Notes: generated from the letters alone by a model not told the origin. DNA of 64,000 nt from Isurus oxyrinchus (GCA_026770705.1 JANJGN010000010.1:41664001-41728000); one strand, 5' to 3'. Counted from the stretch's first letter, positions 22,486 through 36,420 are shown. Numbers and translations: made by a program.

Positions 22486-25400
22486 CTAAGAACCTTAAAA
22501 CATAAGAAATAGGAGCAGGAGTCAGCCATTCAGCCCTTGGAGCTTGCTCTGCCATTCAATGAGATCATGGCTGATCTTCTACTTCAACACCATTTTCCTG
22601 CACTATCCTTGGTGTTTTTAATATCTATCGATTTCAGTCTTGAACATACTCAACGACTGAGCCTTCACAGCTCTCCGGGGCAGAGAATTCCAAAGATTCA
22701 TCAACCTCTGAGTGAAGAAATTCCTCCTCATCTCAGTCCTAAATAGCCTGCACCTTATTTTGACACTGTGTCCCCTGGTTCTAGACCATGCCCCCAGCCA
22801 AGGGAAACATCCTTCTTGCATCTACCCTGTCGAACCCTGTAAGAATTTTGTATATTTAAATGAGATCACTTCTCATTCTTCTAAACTCCAGAGAATAAAG
22901 GCCCAGTCTATTTAATCTTTCCGCATAGGACAATCTCTCCATCCCAGGAATTAATTTAGTGAACCTTCATTGCACTCCCTCTATGGCCAATATATCTTTC
23001 CCTAGGTAAGGAGACCAAAACTGCACAGAGTGCTCCAGGTGTGGCCTCACCAAGGATCTACATAATTGCAGCAAGACATCTTTACTCCTGTACTCAAACC
23101 CCCTTGTAATAAAGGCCAACATACTATTTGCCACCTTAGTTGCTTGCTGTACCTGCCATGTTTCAGTGACACATGAACAAGGATACACAAGTCCCTTTGA
23201 AGTTCAATACTTCCAGCTTCTCACCATTTAAGAAATACTCTGTATTTCTGTTTTTCCTGCCAAAATGAATAACCTCATATTTCTCCACATTGTATTCCAT
23301 CTGCCAATTTTTTGCCCACTCGCTTAGCCTCTCCCAAACCCCTTGAAGCATCTTTGCATCCTCCTCACAACTCATACTTCCACCTAGATTTTGTGTGATC
23401 TGCAAACTTGGAAATATTACATTTAATCCCCATTTCCAAATCATTGATATAGATTGTGAATAGCTGGGACCCAAGCACTGATTGTTGTGGCACGCCACTA
23501 ATCACAGCCTGCCAACCTGAAACTAACCCATTTATTCCTATTCTCTGTTTTCTGTCCATTACTCAGTCCTCAATCCATGCCGGTATATTACTCACAATTC
23601 CATGTGCTCTAACTTTGTTTACAAATCTCTTGTGTGGGATGTTTTCAAAAGCTTTCTGACAATCTAAATATACCACATCCACTGGTTCCCCCTTATCCAT
23701 CCTGCTGGTTACATCCTCAAAAAACTCCAACAGGTTTGTTAAACATGATTTCCCTTTTATAAATCCATGGTGGCTCTGCCCAACAGTGTCCTGTTGTCAC
23801 ATGCTTTATTATAGATTCCAGCATTTTGCCTACTACTTATGTCAGTCTGTAGTTCCCTGTTTCTCTCTTCCTTCCTTCCTTCTTAAATACTGGGCTTACA
23901 ATTGCCACCTTCCAATCTTCAGGAACTATTCCAGAGTTGTAGATTTTTGAAAGATGACCATTAATGTATCTACTATCTCTACAGCCACCTCTTTCAACAC
24001 TCTGGGGTGTAGAACATTAGGTCCAGGGGATTTATCTCCTTTAAGTCCCATTAATTAAACTAATATTAATATCTTGCAGTTCCTCGTTTACACTAGTCCC
24101 TTGATTCTCCATTATTTTTGGGAGATTTTTAGTATTTTCCTCTGTGAAGACAGACAAGAAAAATTTGTTTAGTTTTCCTGCCATTTCCTTATTCCTCATT
24201 ATAAATTCTCCTGACACCACATGTAATAGACCCACATTTGTTTTTGCTAATCTTTTCCTTTTTTCATGCCTGTAGAAGCTTTTACAGTCTGCTTTTATGT
24301 TTCGCTAGTTTACTCTCATTTTCTATTTTCCCTTCTTTAATTTTTTTCTTTGCTTCCCCTTTGCAGATTTCCAAAATATTCCCAATTCTCAGGCTTGCCA
24401 TTCTTTCTGGTAACGTTATGCGCCTCTTCCTTTGATCTAATGCAATCCTTGATTTCTTCTGTTAGCCACAGTTGGATCACTTTCCTTGCTGGGTTTTTGT
24501 GCAATAAAGGGATGTGTTTTTGTTGTAATCTATGTATTAGTTCTTTAAATATTAGCCATTACCTGTCTACCGTTAAATCTTTTAATATAGTTTCCCAATC
24601 TACCATAGCAAATTTGCCCCTCATACCTTCATAGTTTCCTTTATTTAGAATTAAGACCCTAGTCTCTGATTGAACTCATCACGTTCAAACTTAATGTAAA
24701 ATTCTATTGTATTATGGTCACTCTTTCTTAAAGGCTCCTTTACAACAAGATTTTTTCATTAGATTTAGATACTAGATCTAAAATGGCCTGTTCCCTAGTT
24801 GGTTCCTGTACTGCTCTAGAAAACCATCCTGCATACATTACAAGAATTCATCCTCTACAGCATTAGTACTAATTAGGTTTACCCAGTCTATGTAGATTGA
24901 AATCCCTGATGATTACTGGATTATCCTTGTTACACGCACCTCTAATTTCCTGATTTATGCTGTGATTTACATTACCACTGCTGTTTGGTGGCCTATAAAC
25001 AACCCCCACCAATGTTTTCTGCTCCTTGCTGTTTCTTAGTTCCATCCAAACTGATTCTATGTCTTGATCTTTAGAACTAAGGCCATCTCTCACTACAGCA
25101 CTAATGTCCTCTCTAATTAACAGAGCTAACCCACCACCTTTTCCCAGCTTCCTGTCCTTCCTGAATGTCACATACCCTTGGATATTCAGGTCCCAGCTTT
25201 GGTTTCCTTGTAGCCAGGTCTCTGTAACGGCTATCAGGTCATACATATGAATTTCTATTTGAACTGACAATTCATCTGTTTTATTGTGAGTGCTGTGGGC
25301 ATTCAGATACAGAGTGCTTTACTGTTTTGTAAACTCTGGCCCTATCTGCTGGCACACTCTTAAGTTTGCAATCACTGTCCCTTCCTACCATATTCTGACT

Positions 25401-25661
25401 ATCATCATTACCTTTATGGCTACCTTGATCTATTGCCTTGTCATTTCCCTTTAATTTACTCAATTTGCACCGACATGGTCCCTTCCCCCCTCTAGTTAGT
25501 TTAAAGCCCTCTACTTCCCCAATTATAAAACTTGCTAGAATACTGGCCCCAGCATGATTCAAGTGTAGACTGTGCCAACAATACAGCTCCCACTTTCCCC
25601 AATACTGATGCCAGTGCCGCATGAATTGAAACCCATTTCTCCCACACCAATCTTTGAGCCA
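22486..25661 (-). mobile_element. Long decayed CR1 LINE: ORF1 esterase end, APE endonuclease, RT and 3' UTR
   Basis: WHQYWGKWELY...LHLNHAGASILA (ORF1 SGNH-like), DLIAVTETWL...GVVYRPPN...DFN (APE), SGVPQQSVLG...IYINDL...KFAD (RT), VRPHLE..VQFWSPY and WNSLP. Many frameshifts. Confidence 0.92.
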
Positions 25662-26799
25662 CTAATCTCTCTAGTACTACACTGATTTCTAAATTTCACT
25701 AAAATGCAAATTTAGAATACAAATTACAATATGGAACTATTTATATTTTGAAATACTTCACCATAATAAAAATGTTGGGATGCAAAACAATAGGACTTTT
25801 TCTATGTTAGTCTCTGGTAAGTGAATAATATTTAGCAGCTAATTGGTTACTCAAACCCATTCATTTAAACTCTGATTATTGTTGACATCTGTAGGAGCAA
25901 AGTGAGGGAAATAGAGGATTCTGTGCTAACTGGTGATTGCAAGATGTTCTTGCCAGGCTGTTACTGGGGTGCTTTTCAGTTTAGTGAGATTATTAGATTC
26001 TCACTACGTAACAAACATGCCAACCTGGAAAATTAGCAAAGGCTGACCAACAGCTTTAAAAAGGCTGACACTGCTGTCTGGTGAAATTGACAACTCAAGA
26101 ATGGCCCCAGTACTGCACCTATGACATGTGAAAACAAGTGATTACAGAGGCTTTTGACTTAAGCTCTAGATGCACCCAACATTCCAACACTCAAATTGGA
26201 GGGAAGAAAAACATATGTAAAGGAAGCCTGAAGGGGAAATACAAATGTTGGTGGTGAAGAACTGGTTTGTTTCTAGCAGGTTCAGAGGTATAAATCACTT
26301 GTATTTCTGCATGCTGTTTGATAGTAATCACTTTTATATTTTAAAGTGGATAGATTTCTAACTGTAAAAACAAACAAAATGACCTTAAAATTCTATGGAG
26401 CATTATCCTGCAGTCATGCTTGGATTGCGCGCCCCCCTACACTCTAGTGCTGTCCACATAGTGGTTTTGCGAGGTTGGTGAAAAGGTATCTCATTTACAT
26501 GGAGCTGGTTGGCGCCTGTGCCACTGTTGTGCACCCCCGACACTCACCTGTCTCATGCAGCCAGAAAATCCAATACCTGACTGCCATTGGAGATGGTGGG
26601 GAGGTGCCTATAACTCCTCCAGCCCAAGCTCCCAAGGGCCACCTCCTTTAACTGCCTATAAAAAAGGGTCAATCCATTTTTTCCCCTGCCAAAACCCCCA
26701 GATTGACCTCTTTTTTCAGGGGTCTAGAGTATCTTCTCTGCCTGGATCCTAACCTTGGTGGTGCCCAGGGTGTCCTTCTGGAAGATGGTACACCTTGAA

Positions 26800-27354
26800 T
26801 GAAATCTACTACCCCTCCAGTGGCAAGTTAGGAGGTGGAGGGGCATTTAATTGGATGGAACAATGCATGGAGACCCCGTCACCTTCCCCTCGCCACCCAA
26901 TTCAGTCCGGGGCGAGAAGGATCATGGATGCCCTTCTTGCTGGCAAATGTCCGCTTAAGAGCCTCATGTCGTCGCCGCTGGTAAATCAGCCAGCAGCGGG
27001 CAGGGGAGTCACCACAAAAGGGAGCGTGAAAAAGTTGCGGACATCCAGGGAGAGGCCCCTCATTCAAAGACACTCAGTGCCTGATGCGAAGACCCGGCAT
27101 CAGTAAAGGGGGAAGCCCACCGAAGGTCAAACCCCAATTGGCCTTTCTTCCAACCCCCTCCACTGCTGTTAGCCAAGGGCCCTCCCCGTGACCCCCATCC
27201 CACCCTCACCTACCCGTGGCCTGGGTCCCTCGTTGATCTCCAGGAGATGGGATTTCTGCCTCCAGGCTTCTGAATCTCTGGGAAGGCCTGACGCTTGCCA
27301 GTTAAGTGCCTGATGGGCACTTAAGTCCGGCAGGTCTTCCCCAACAATATTGCC

Positions 27355-27393
<39 letters not shown>

Positions 27394-27480
27394 GGTGGTG
27401 CGGTGTGCTACTGCTAGTTTTCCAGCCAGCAGGCAAGACCCCATTGCCAACATTAAATTACGCTCCTCATCTCTTTCCAT
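26800..27480. mobile_element. GC-rich MITE-like relic containing a long G run
   Basis: Composition and ttaag/ggcact motifs resemble the other MITEs. Ends not resolved. Confidence 0.35.
27357..27392 (+). repeat. Poly-G homopolymer (36 nt)
   Basis: Directly visible. Confidence 0.95.
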
Positions 27481-30015
27481 GGTTCAATCTCTGGTCTGTG
27501 TTGTTAACCAAACTCAGCTGAGACAAGTGCAAGATTCTTGGTCTAGAGTGTGAAAAATCAGCCAGGGCTCCAGCTCCTCTATACTGAGTCCTCAGAAATG
27601 TTAGGACTGCAACAGAAAATATGTTTAGATGGTACCAATCAAGGAATCGGTTATGGGTCTCTCCAAACTACAAGCTCCATAAATTCAAGCACCTGGTGGA
27701 CATGGTGCAAATTAACTAAGAAGGAGAAAAATGATATTGTCTCTATAAATGGCAAATGTCAGATATTTCAATATCAAACATGAGACGTGGCCTTTCCATC
27801 AAAATATTCTGTTAACGGAACTAGCACAAGCCTAACATTGTAATTTTGACAGCCAATAAAATGAATCACAGTTTTTTTTTATCCATAGGCTGGAAAATGA
27901 TCTTCTTTTAAAAAAAATCTCTCGAAGACCAGTTGAGTTCAGTTTATCTAGACCCTTTCCTGTTTTTTTTAAGCTTATTTGTGTGGTAAAGTTTTAATTC
28001 AGTTGGTATTTGTGCATGAGCACAGGTGAGGTCTGCTTTTGAGTGGGTAAAGACAACATACAGAAAATTATGACATGTTTGAGTTTCTCTCGCTGTGTAA
28101 AGCTTAGGGGGTGGAGATTAATTCCATTTCTCCCTTTTACCAAGTCATAATAAACAATGGTTTCCTTCATTCTTTAAACACTGCCAACCTATTGTGGCTT
28201 TTAGGTACAGTACTCTGTTCCTGCTGTTGCTGAAAATGGTGCCTATGTAAAATTCTGTTTAGCACTGTATTAGGAACATAGCAATAATACCAATGTGATA
28301 AAAGCAGATGCTTTGCCTTATTGTAGGACTGGGTGTTCACTGATCACTTGATATAGGCCTGGTGCTGATTGCAGAGCCAATGACAGTGAATTGTGGAGCG
28401 ATGTGATATAGGGTTGTTCCTCATTATCCTCCAAGAAGGTGAGTTCAGCCAACTGCCGCAGCTGTCTTGGGGCGACGATGAAAATTTTGCAAACTGTGGG
28501 GCGGGGAGAGCAAAAGCTGTCAAATTCATACTGAGGTGCTTTCCCAGAAGTAAAACCCGAGGATCTTTGTGGAGAAAATTGATCTCAACAATATTTGCAA
28601 TGTTCCTGCATTATTGCTACATTCCTTTGCGTGTTATTTTGATGCATTCACTCACCCATCCAAAATAAACAGGTTAAAATGTATTTTTCAGTGGATACAG
28701 AAGAATTTCCTCTGAACACATGGTTACAAACATTTTCACCCTTAAAATTGCTTGTGCAATGGCAACAGAATGGCAGTAAATAAATGTTTGGGAATTAAGA
28801 GAAACTAGTGGAGAATAAGAAAAAGATCTCTGGAAAAAGGGGTAGAAATCTTGAGATCATGCCCATCAACACATTAGCATCTCTTGGTGCAGATTTATTG
28901 TGCTTTCATCTTTTGCACTGTCACAAGCTCACTACTAATTGAATAGGGTGGAGAATTTGTTAGGCTTTTTTTAATACAAGAGCTTTTCCAAACCCCTATC
29001 TGTATGACTATAGTAATACTGTTGTTTCTGTGACCTTTACAGAATTCAAATGAAGTAAAATAGTCGAAAGAGTTTCTCCATATTAACGCTACAAAAATGA
29101 AACAATAGAAATAAACAGTATACTATAACTGCACTAATGTTAAAAAATGGTTCATCAACATAATTAGAAGTTTGATCTTAGTGAAAGAAGTTTTTTTCCC
29201 CTGCTGCTGTCTCTTTGGTTAAAGTGATCCGATGCATACAATGGCTTTACTGACTTGTCTTCAATTGGGCTCAGCTTTGGGAAGAGCCACAAACAGCATT
29301 TTGAGTATTTGGCTCCAACAGCTGCCAATGTGGGCTATCAGGAAATACTTGTGTAACATAGTATATTTTTATATTTTAGTTCAAATTAAAGGGGTGTAAT
29401 TTTTACTATGGCAATAATGTAAAGAAAACAGGTGATATTGGATCAGAGACCAATTGTACATCTTTGTACAGATAGTGTGTAATGGGCAGCTGATCTCATA
29501 TCGCCCACGGTCAAAGCCACCCCTAAATATTTGAAAGGATATGCAGTTATTGATTGTCATTTGCACCGTCAGTCATATCGCTCCTCTTTACATTTGCAAA
29601 ATAACTTGCCGTACACCAAGACTCCTACAACTAAGCTTAAAATCCAATCCCTCACCAGTTTGGGAATACATTCATGATAAAAGTGATTAGTTTCTCAAGA
29701 CGTGACTGCACTCTCTGGTTCAGGGTGGTACTTTCACTATATATGATTCATCACAGTGTAACTCAAAAATGATGTGCCATGCACACAAAGCAATGCCTTA
29801 GCTGCATTGTATCCAGGGCCAAGTAATGGCTTGTTCATTTCAAACCAGCATGGTGCCATGTTTCAAACAGCAGAGAGTCACAAAGTGACACACAGAAAAC
29901 TCAAACTGACATCATTAGGAGCTGATTGCTGGGGTTAGATCAGTCAGAAAGACATTGTGCATGATTTCATCACCTGTCAGTTACGGGTGTTTCACACTCG
30001 TAAAATAAAAGCATC

Positions 30016-30075
30016 GTAATTAACCTTTACCATTGTGTAATTAACCTTTACCAATGTGTAATTAACCTTTACCAT
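30016..30075. repeat. 21-bp tandem repeat, about 2.9 copies
   Basis: gtaattaacctttacca(t/a)tgt repeated. Confidence 0.9.
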
Positions 30076-33000
30076 AGAGCACTGCCAATTTCTTTTATTT
30101 CCATTTATTACTAGTGATAGAAGTTGAAATAGAATGGTGGCAGTGTGCAGGGCACATGGTTGGGGGTGGGGGTGGCAGTCAAGGGGGTTGTGGACTGCTT
30201 GGTGTCCCCTGTGTATATATTGACAGAACAGAATTGCTTTAAGCTGCACCGTTACTTTCCTGAGCATGTGTCAATTTAATGTATATCAACTTCAAGTTGG
30301 CTTCATTGACTCAGTTTCTAACTATTACTTCAGTGTACGTATGCTCATTTCTGCTTTAAAAAAACAAATCCAGTGATGACAGCAGTTCAGTGATGATGCA
30401 ATGTCAAATAGCAGCCATCATTTCTCACAGGTGAGCTCCTGATCTCAGCTGGTTTGTTGGATACTGAGGAAGTATTTGTGTGAAAGAAGAGTGAGATTTC
30501 TACAGGCCTCAACTTGGTTAGTTGCCTGCACTTAGTCAGGAGGATGACTTGTGACATCAGTCAGAAGGGAAGGGAGCCAAAATGATAACTGTACGTGTAA
30601 CTCTTAAAGGGACGAAACAGCTTAAAAAAGAGTAGAATACATTGTGTATGGCATGGTCTCATACTACTGTCCTTGTAATCAGAATATTATCCAACTTATT
30701 GTGACCAATAGCAAGGAGATCCATTAGTAATGTATTGAAAACCATACAGCAGTATGTACCAAGTGTCACACTCTGTTTCATAAACAGAGCAGTCAATCTG
30801 AAAAGAAGAGAAAAAAACACCTAGCACTGAAGGCTGCAAACTCCTGACATGGGCCCAAAACTAACAGACACTTTACATTTAGCAAATATCCTGACCAAGT
30901 AACGTTTTCTGATCTGAGCTTGTGTTTACTTACTAACAATTGGACTTTGTTGCCTTACGGAGTCAAAGGCTCTACTTTATCAAAATATTACATTGTGATT
31001 GCATGGCACAAAGTATTTGCCTTGCTGCGAGCAACCAGGGACACATGTTAGTAATATGTTGAAAATGGCAACAGAGTATGCAAACCTCACACTCCAGATG
31101 TCACATATTGCTACTGATGCAAAATAACCTTGAAGAGCTAGATGCTTCTAATGTGTTCTTCTCACATATAACCTGAAATTGACAAGCACATTATAATCTG
31201 AAAAGTTGCCTGGACAAACATCCAATTAAAATCTGAATAACATGTCTCTGTTTGCTTAACAATAATTAGACTCTGTAATCTTAAAAGGCCTCTGTTGCAG
31301 CTTAAAAGAATTATATACCTTGTGCATTACTTGGTATAACACTTCTACGCTTGTAAAAGAGTTTACCACTTTTTTTACTGTCTGCAAAAGCATAGGAAAT
31401 TACCAGTATATAATAAAAAAACCAGACACTGGCACATCCAATCATTTCTATACTCCTGATTTCTCTCATGGAGGTTCTGACTCATGATGGCATGCAATTT
31501 CATGGGTGCTGGCTGGCTGGAAGTGGTTTTCATAACTGGTTGCTTTTTCTGAATAAGCCCGGAGATTGACTAGTAGGTTATTCAACCACTGGAGTAATCA
31601 CAGATAAGCTTGTTGTCAGCTAGTGTCCACACTTAGCACTTCATGGTAGTGGACAATGTTTGGCAGTGGGAATCTTGGCTGACTTTTTGCTGTCTTAGGA
31701 AAGGGGCTGGCAAATCCAATTGTAGCGCTTGCACAACTATCCGAACTGAATTTGACTGATTCAGCGCAGACCAGGAAACAATCCTGCCCCATATAACTCA
31801 GTACCACACTGTGGGGTGCCCTTCCCAAAGCATCAGGGATTTGTGGACTGGTGCTCATACTGAATTGTAGACGTGTGCAGTTTCTTTGCCACAAGTGCTG
31901 GAAACAAAGACAGCAGCCAGCTGCCACAATGCATTTCACCAGTCAGAGTTTTCACACTGACCTACTTGAACTTTTAGAAAAAGAAATTTAAAATAAAAAT
32001 GGAGATACAGGCTGTCATGAATATCTTGCCAGCTATCTCAATTGCTATTCTCTGTGCCCTTTCATTGTGAATCAGCCCAGCCCTTTCTCCCAATTCTACC
32101 ATTCCTGATCTCTCTCTCTTTTCTGTCCCCTCAGTGCAACTTTGTTTTCTTTCCCCATTGACTCCGCCTGTTCTGCTGTTTTCCCTCGAAATATGATTTT
32201 TCTCCATCCTCCCCCTGTTTTTAACCCTGTCCAGAATTCTCTCCTTCCCTTCTCGATCGCCTAACACAACACCTTCTACCAAGCCTCCCCCCAACCCCAT
32301 GCCTTTCCTCCATCCAGACTCTCCCTCGATTTCCTCTTGTTTCTCCCCATTAATCTGATCATTTCCATCTGGCTCATTGCTGGCCCGTTTCTTTTCCCTC
32401 CTCACCTTTAACGTACCCATCTTTGAACTTGTCTTGACCTGCTGTCCCTCCCCAAGAACTTGACCCTTCAGCCCTGCCTTGATTCTGGCTGATGCATTCT
32501 CACCTCTACCATCTGTATTTTTGTTTTGGGAACTTAAATGGTGGTTAGTATGATTAGGGAGGGAGAATAATAGGGCAGAAATGATTGGAAAAATTGTATC
32601 TTTCAAAGTGTGCAGCTTGGTTCAGAGGTTTCCCTTTTTAACACACAGTGCGTAATGGTCACCTGGCAGCAAGTCATTAGCATTTCCCTCAGCCCCTCTC
32701 TCCTCACAAAAAAAATCCGCACCACATGCTAATTAGAGGTTTTGAATCCAAGCAACCTGTGTAAAATCAGACATTTTAATTTGCAGGTTTAATGGCTGTA
32801 TTATGATAACTGGCTTTGAAATGCGCTTCTCGTGTTCCATCAGTGTAGACCAGATTAACAGCGGCTGACAAAATTAAAAACCTTACAATGTGACCTTTGC
32901 CTGGGATAAAAGGCTGTTTCATAACAATTTCCTTTTGTTCTTTGTTTGAGCTATTACTCCAAAAGGAGACTCCGTTTAATCTAAGTAAATGCAACATTAC

Positions 33001-33549
33001 AGGCCTAATCCATGTCCTTCTGTCAATGTCTGCTTTAATTAAATGAGAAATGCCGGCAGAAAGATCTCACACACAAGGCTATGATTGGAGTGGGAAAGAC
33101 TGGATGATCACATCGAGATTAATCCGAGATTTCACTTAATTGTTTTTTTTTGCATCCGCTTGTTTGGCTGTTAATTTAGCAAGCAAAAGGCTCTTGGATT
33201 CTAGCTACTTAACCTGTGCTTAAAGAATGGCTATTTCACTTATTTTTGTTGCTCTCTCCTGCATATGTGTGATGAATAGAAGTGGGTGGGAGTGTGTTTT
33301 GAGACTGAAACAATCAAGAGTTTCAGATTATGTGGTGAACTACAGTCACTGTCTGAAGACAAATATCAGTGAAATTGTGCAACAGGCTATACAACCTGAA
33401 AGAAGCTACAATGTTCATCAAAAATTATACCTGGATCCTTGTGGGCAACTGAAAAAGATGGTTTTATTGAAATGGTGTTTTACCTGGACAATGACTATAC
33501 CTATATAACTGAGTGTAAGAGAAGATACACAGAATTAAAAAAAAAAAAT

Positions 33550-33885
33550 CCTTCACAGGATGTGGGCTTTGTTGGCTGGGCTAGCATTTATTGCCCATCC
33601 CTAGTTGCTCTTGAGAAGGTTGTAGTGAGCTGCCTTCTTGAACCGCTGCAGTCCATGTGGTGTAGGTACACCCACAGTGCTGGTAGGAAGGGAGTTCCAG
33701 GATTTTGACCCAACAATAGTGAAGGAACGGTGATATATTTCCAAGTCAGGATGGCGAGTGACTTGGAGGGGAACATCCAGGTGATGGTATTCCCATATAT
33801 CTACTGCCCTTGTCCTTCTAGATGGTAGTGGTTGTGGGTTTGGAAGATGCTGTCGAAGGAGCCTAGGTGAATTCCTGCAGTGCAG
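33550..33885 (-). mobile_element. 3' end of a CR1/L2-group LINE (second family)
   Basis: Minus strand reads PFTIVGSKSWNSLPTSTVGVPTPHGLQRFKKAAHYNLLK. The same tail occurs at 45090-45268 (+) and at the end of the SINE at 36490. Confidence 0.75.
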
Positions 33886-33954
33886 GAATCCATTGAATAG
33901 AGTCTGAATGTGTCAAACAATGATGGTGTATCAATGTGAATGTCAATGTGAACG

Positions 33955-36170
33955 CATTAGAAAGAGTGCAGAAGAGGTTTGCGAGAATGGTTACAGGGAT
34001 GAGGAAAGATTGGAGAATTTGAGACTGTTTTCCATAAGACATAAGACATAGGGGCAGAAATTAGGCCATTTGGCCCTTCGAGTCTCCTCCGCCATTCAAT
34101 CATGGCTGATAAGTTTCTCAACCCTATTCTCCCACCTTCTCCCCTTACCAATCAAGAACCTATCTATCTTGGTCTTAAATACACTCAATGACCTGGCCTC
34201 CACAGCCTTCTGTGGCAATGAATTCCATAGATTCACCACTCTCTGGCTAAAGAAGTTTCTCCTCATCTCCTCATCTCCATTCTAAAAGGACTTCCCTTTA
34301 TTCTGAGGCTGTGCCCTCGGGTCCTAGTCTCTCCTACTAATGGAAACGTCTTCCCCACGTCCACTCTATCCAGGCCTTTCAGTATTCTGTAAGGTTCAAT
34401 CAGATCCCCACTCATCCTTCTAAACTCCATCAAGTATAGACCCAGAGTCCTCAAATGTTCCTCATATGTTAAGCCTTTCATTCCTGGGATCGTTCTCGTG
34501 AACTTCCTCTGGACCCTCTCCAGGGCCAGCACATCCTTCCTGAGATACGGGGCCCAAAATTGCTCACAATATTCTAAATGTGGTCTGACCAGAGCCTTAT
34601 AAAGTCTCAGCAGCACATCCCTGCTTTTATATTCTAGTCCTCTCGAAATAAATGCCAACGTTGCATTTGCCTTCCTAACTACCGACTCAACCTGCAAGTT
34701 AACCTTAAGAGAATCCTGAACTAGGACTCCCAAGTCCCTTTGCACTCCAGATTTCTGAAGTCTCTCTCCGTTTAGAAAACAGTCTATGCCTCTATTCTTC
34801 CTACCAAAGTGCATGACCTCACACTTCCCCACGTTGTATTCCATCTGCTTCTTTGCCCATTCTCCTAACCTGTCCAAATCCTTCTGCAGCCTTGCCACCT
34901 CCTCAATACTACCTGTCCCTCCACCTATCTTTGTATCATCTGCAAACTTAGCCAAGATGCCCTAGTTCCTTCATCTAGATCATTAATGTATAAAGTGAAA
35001 AGTTGTTGTCCCAGTACTGACCCCTGTGGAACTCCACTAGTCACTGGCCACCATCCTGAGAAGGACCCCTTTATCCCCACTCTCTGCCTCCTGCCAGACA
35101 GCCAATTTTCTATCCATGCTAGTACCTTGCCTCTAACACCATGGGCTGTTATCTTACTGAGCAGCCTCCTGTGCGGCACCTTGTCAAAGGCCTTCTGGAA
35201 GTCCAAGGATAATATCCATTGGCTCTCCTTCGTCTAACCTACTTGTTACCTCCTCAAAGAATTCTAACAGATTTGTCAGGCATGACCTCCCTGTGATGAA
35301 ACCATGCTGATTTTGCTCGATTTTACCATGCACTTCCAAGTATTCTGAAATCTCATCCTTAATAATGGACTCTAAAATCTTACCAATGACTGAGGTCAGG
35401 CTAATCGGCCTGTAATTTCCCGTCTTTTGCCTCACTCCCTTCTTAAACAGGGGGGTTACATTAGCGATTTTCTAGTCCTCTGGGACCCTCCCTGACTTCA
35501 GTGATTCCTGAAAAATCACCACTAACACCTCCACTATCTCTTCAGCTATCTTCTTCAGAACTCTGGGGTGTAATCCATCTGGTCCAGGTGATTTATCCGC
35601 CTTCAGACCTTTCAGTTTTCCTAGCACCTTCTCCTTGGTAATGGCCACCATACTCACCTTTTCCCCCCGACTCTCTTGAACTTTGGGGATGTTACTCATG
35701 TCTTCCATTGTGAAGTGCCTATTCAGTTCTTCCGCCATTTCTTTGTTCCCCACTACTACTTCTCCAGCGCCATTTCCCAGCGGCCCAATGTCTACTTTTG
35801 CCAAAGAGGAGACTTGATGGAAGTTTTCAAAATCATGAGGGGTCTGGACAGAGTAGAAAGGGAGAAACCATTCCTGCTCATAAACAGATCAAGAACCAGA
35901 GGCACAGTTTTAAAGTGTTTTCCAAAAGAAGCAAATGCGAGGTGAGAATAACTTTTACATGCAGGTTTGGAATGCATTGCCTAGAAATGTGGGGGAGGCA
36001 GGTTCAATTGAGACATTCAAGAAGCATTAAATGATTGTTTCTATTTAAATAATGTGCAGGGTTACGGGGAAAAGGCAGGGGATTGGCACTGTTAAAATAC
36101 TTAGAGAGCTGGTGTAGGCATGATGGGCTGAATGACCTCCTTCTACACCATAACAATTTTGTGTTTCTGT
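33955..36170 (+). mobile_element. Older plus-strand CR1 3' fragment (33955-34034 and 35803-36170) split by a younger CR1
   Basis: LERVQKRFARMVTGMR before the insert, resuming as RGDLMEVFKIMRGLDRVEREKPF and a CR1 3' UTR after it. Confidence 0.7.
34035..35802 (-). mobile_element. Relatively young 5'-truncated CR1 LINE (RT to tail)
   Basis: [59 protein letters not shown] and KFADDTK. The longest piece is the 230-aa ORF at 34263-34955. Tail (agacata)n. Confidence 0.95.
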
Positions 36171-36279
36171 GTCAGTGGTTAGAGCAGTGTTTTTCTCTCT
36201 CCCTGGATCATCTTCTTCTTCATGTCTCTGCCCAAAGGCAAGGCATCAGCATTTATTTGCTGAACTACGGCTGAGTGTT

Positions 36280-36420
36280 GTGACTTATTTTACTACAGGT
36301 GGGGCAAGGAGACAGGCACCCAGTCTGCTTCAACCGGAGAGGAGATCAAACCCTCTACTTTTGTTGTTAATTTGATCCACATGCTAGCTGTCTAGCCAAT
36401 TGAGCTAACCGACGCCTCCT
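36280..36420 (-). mobile_element. tRNA-derived SINE head
   Basis: Minus strand ggttagctcaattggctagac...gggtttgatc is A-box/B-box-like. Confidence 0.5.

Noticed and set aside
31974-32606. 210-aa minus-strand ORF
   Set aside because: It spans a pyrimidine-rich low-complexity tract, giving a G/E/R/K-biased peptide with no domain and no ATG start. Probably open only because of composition.
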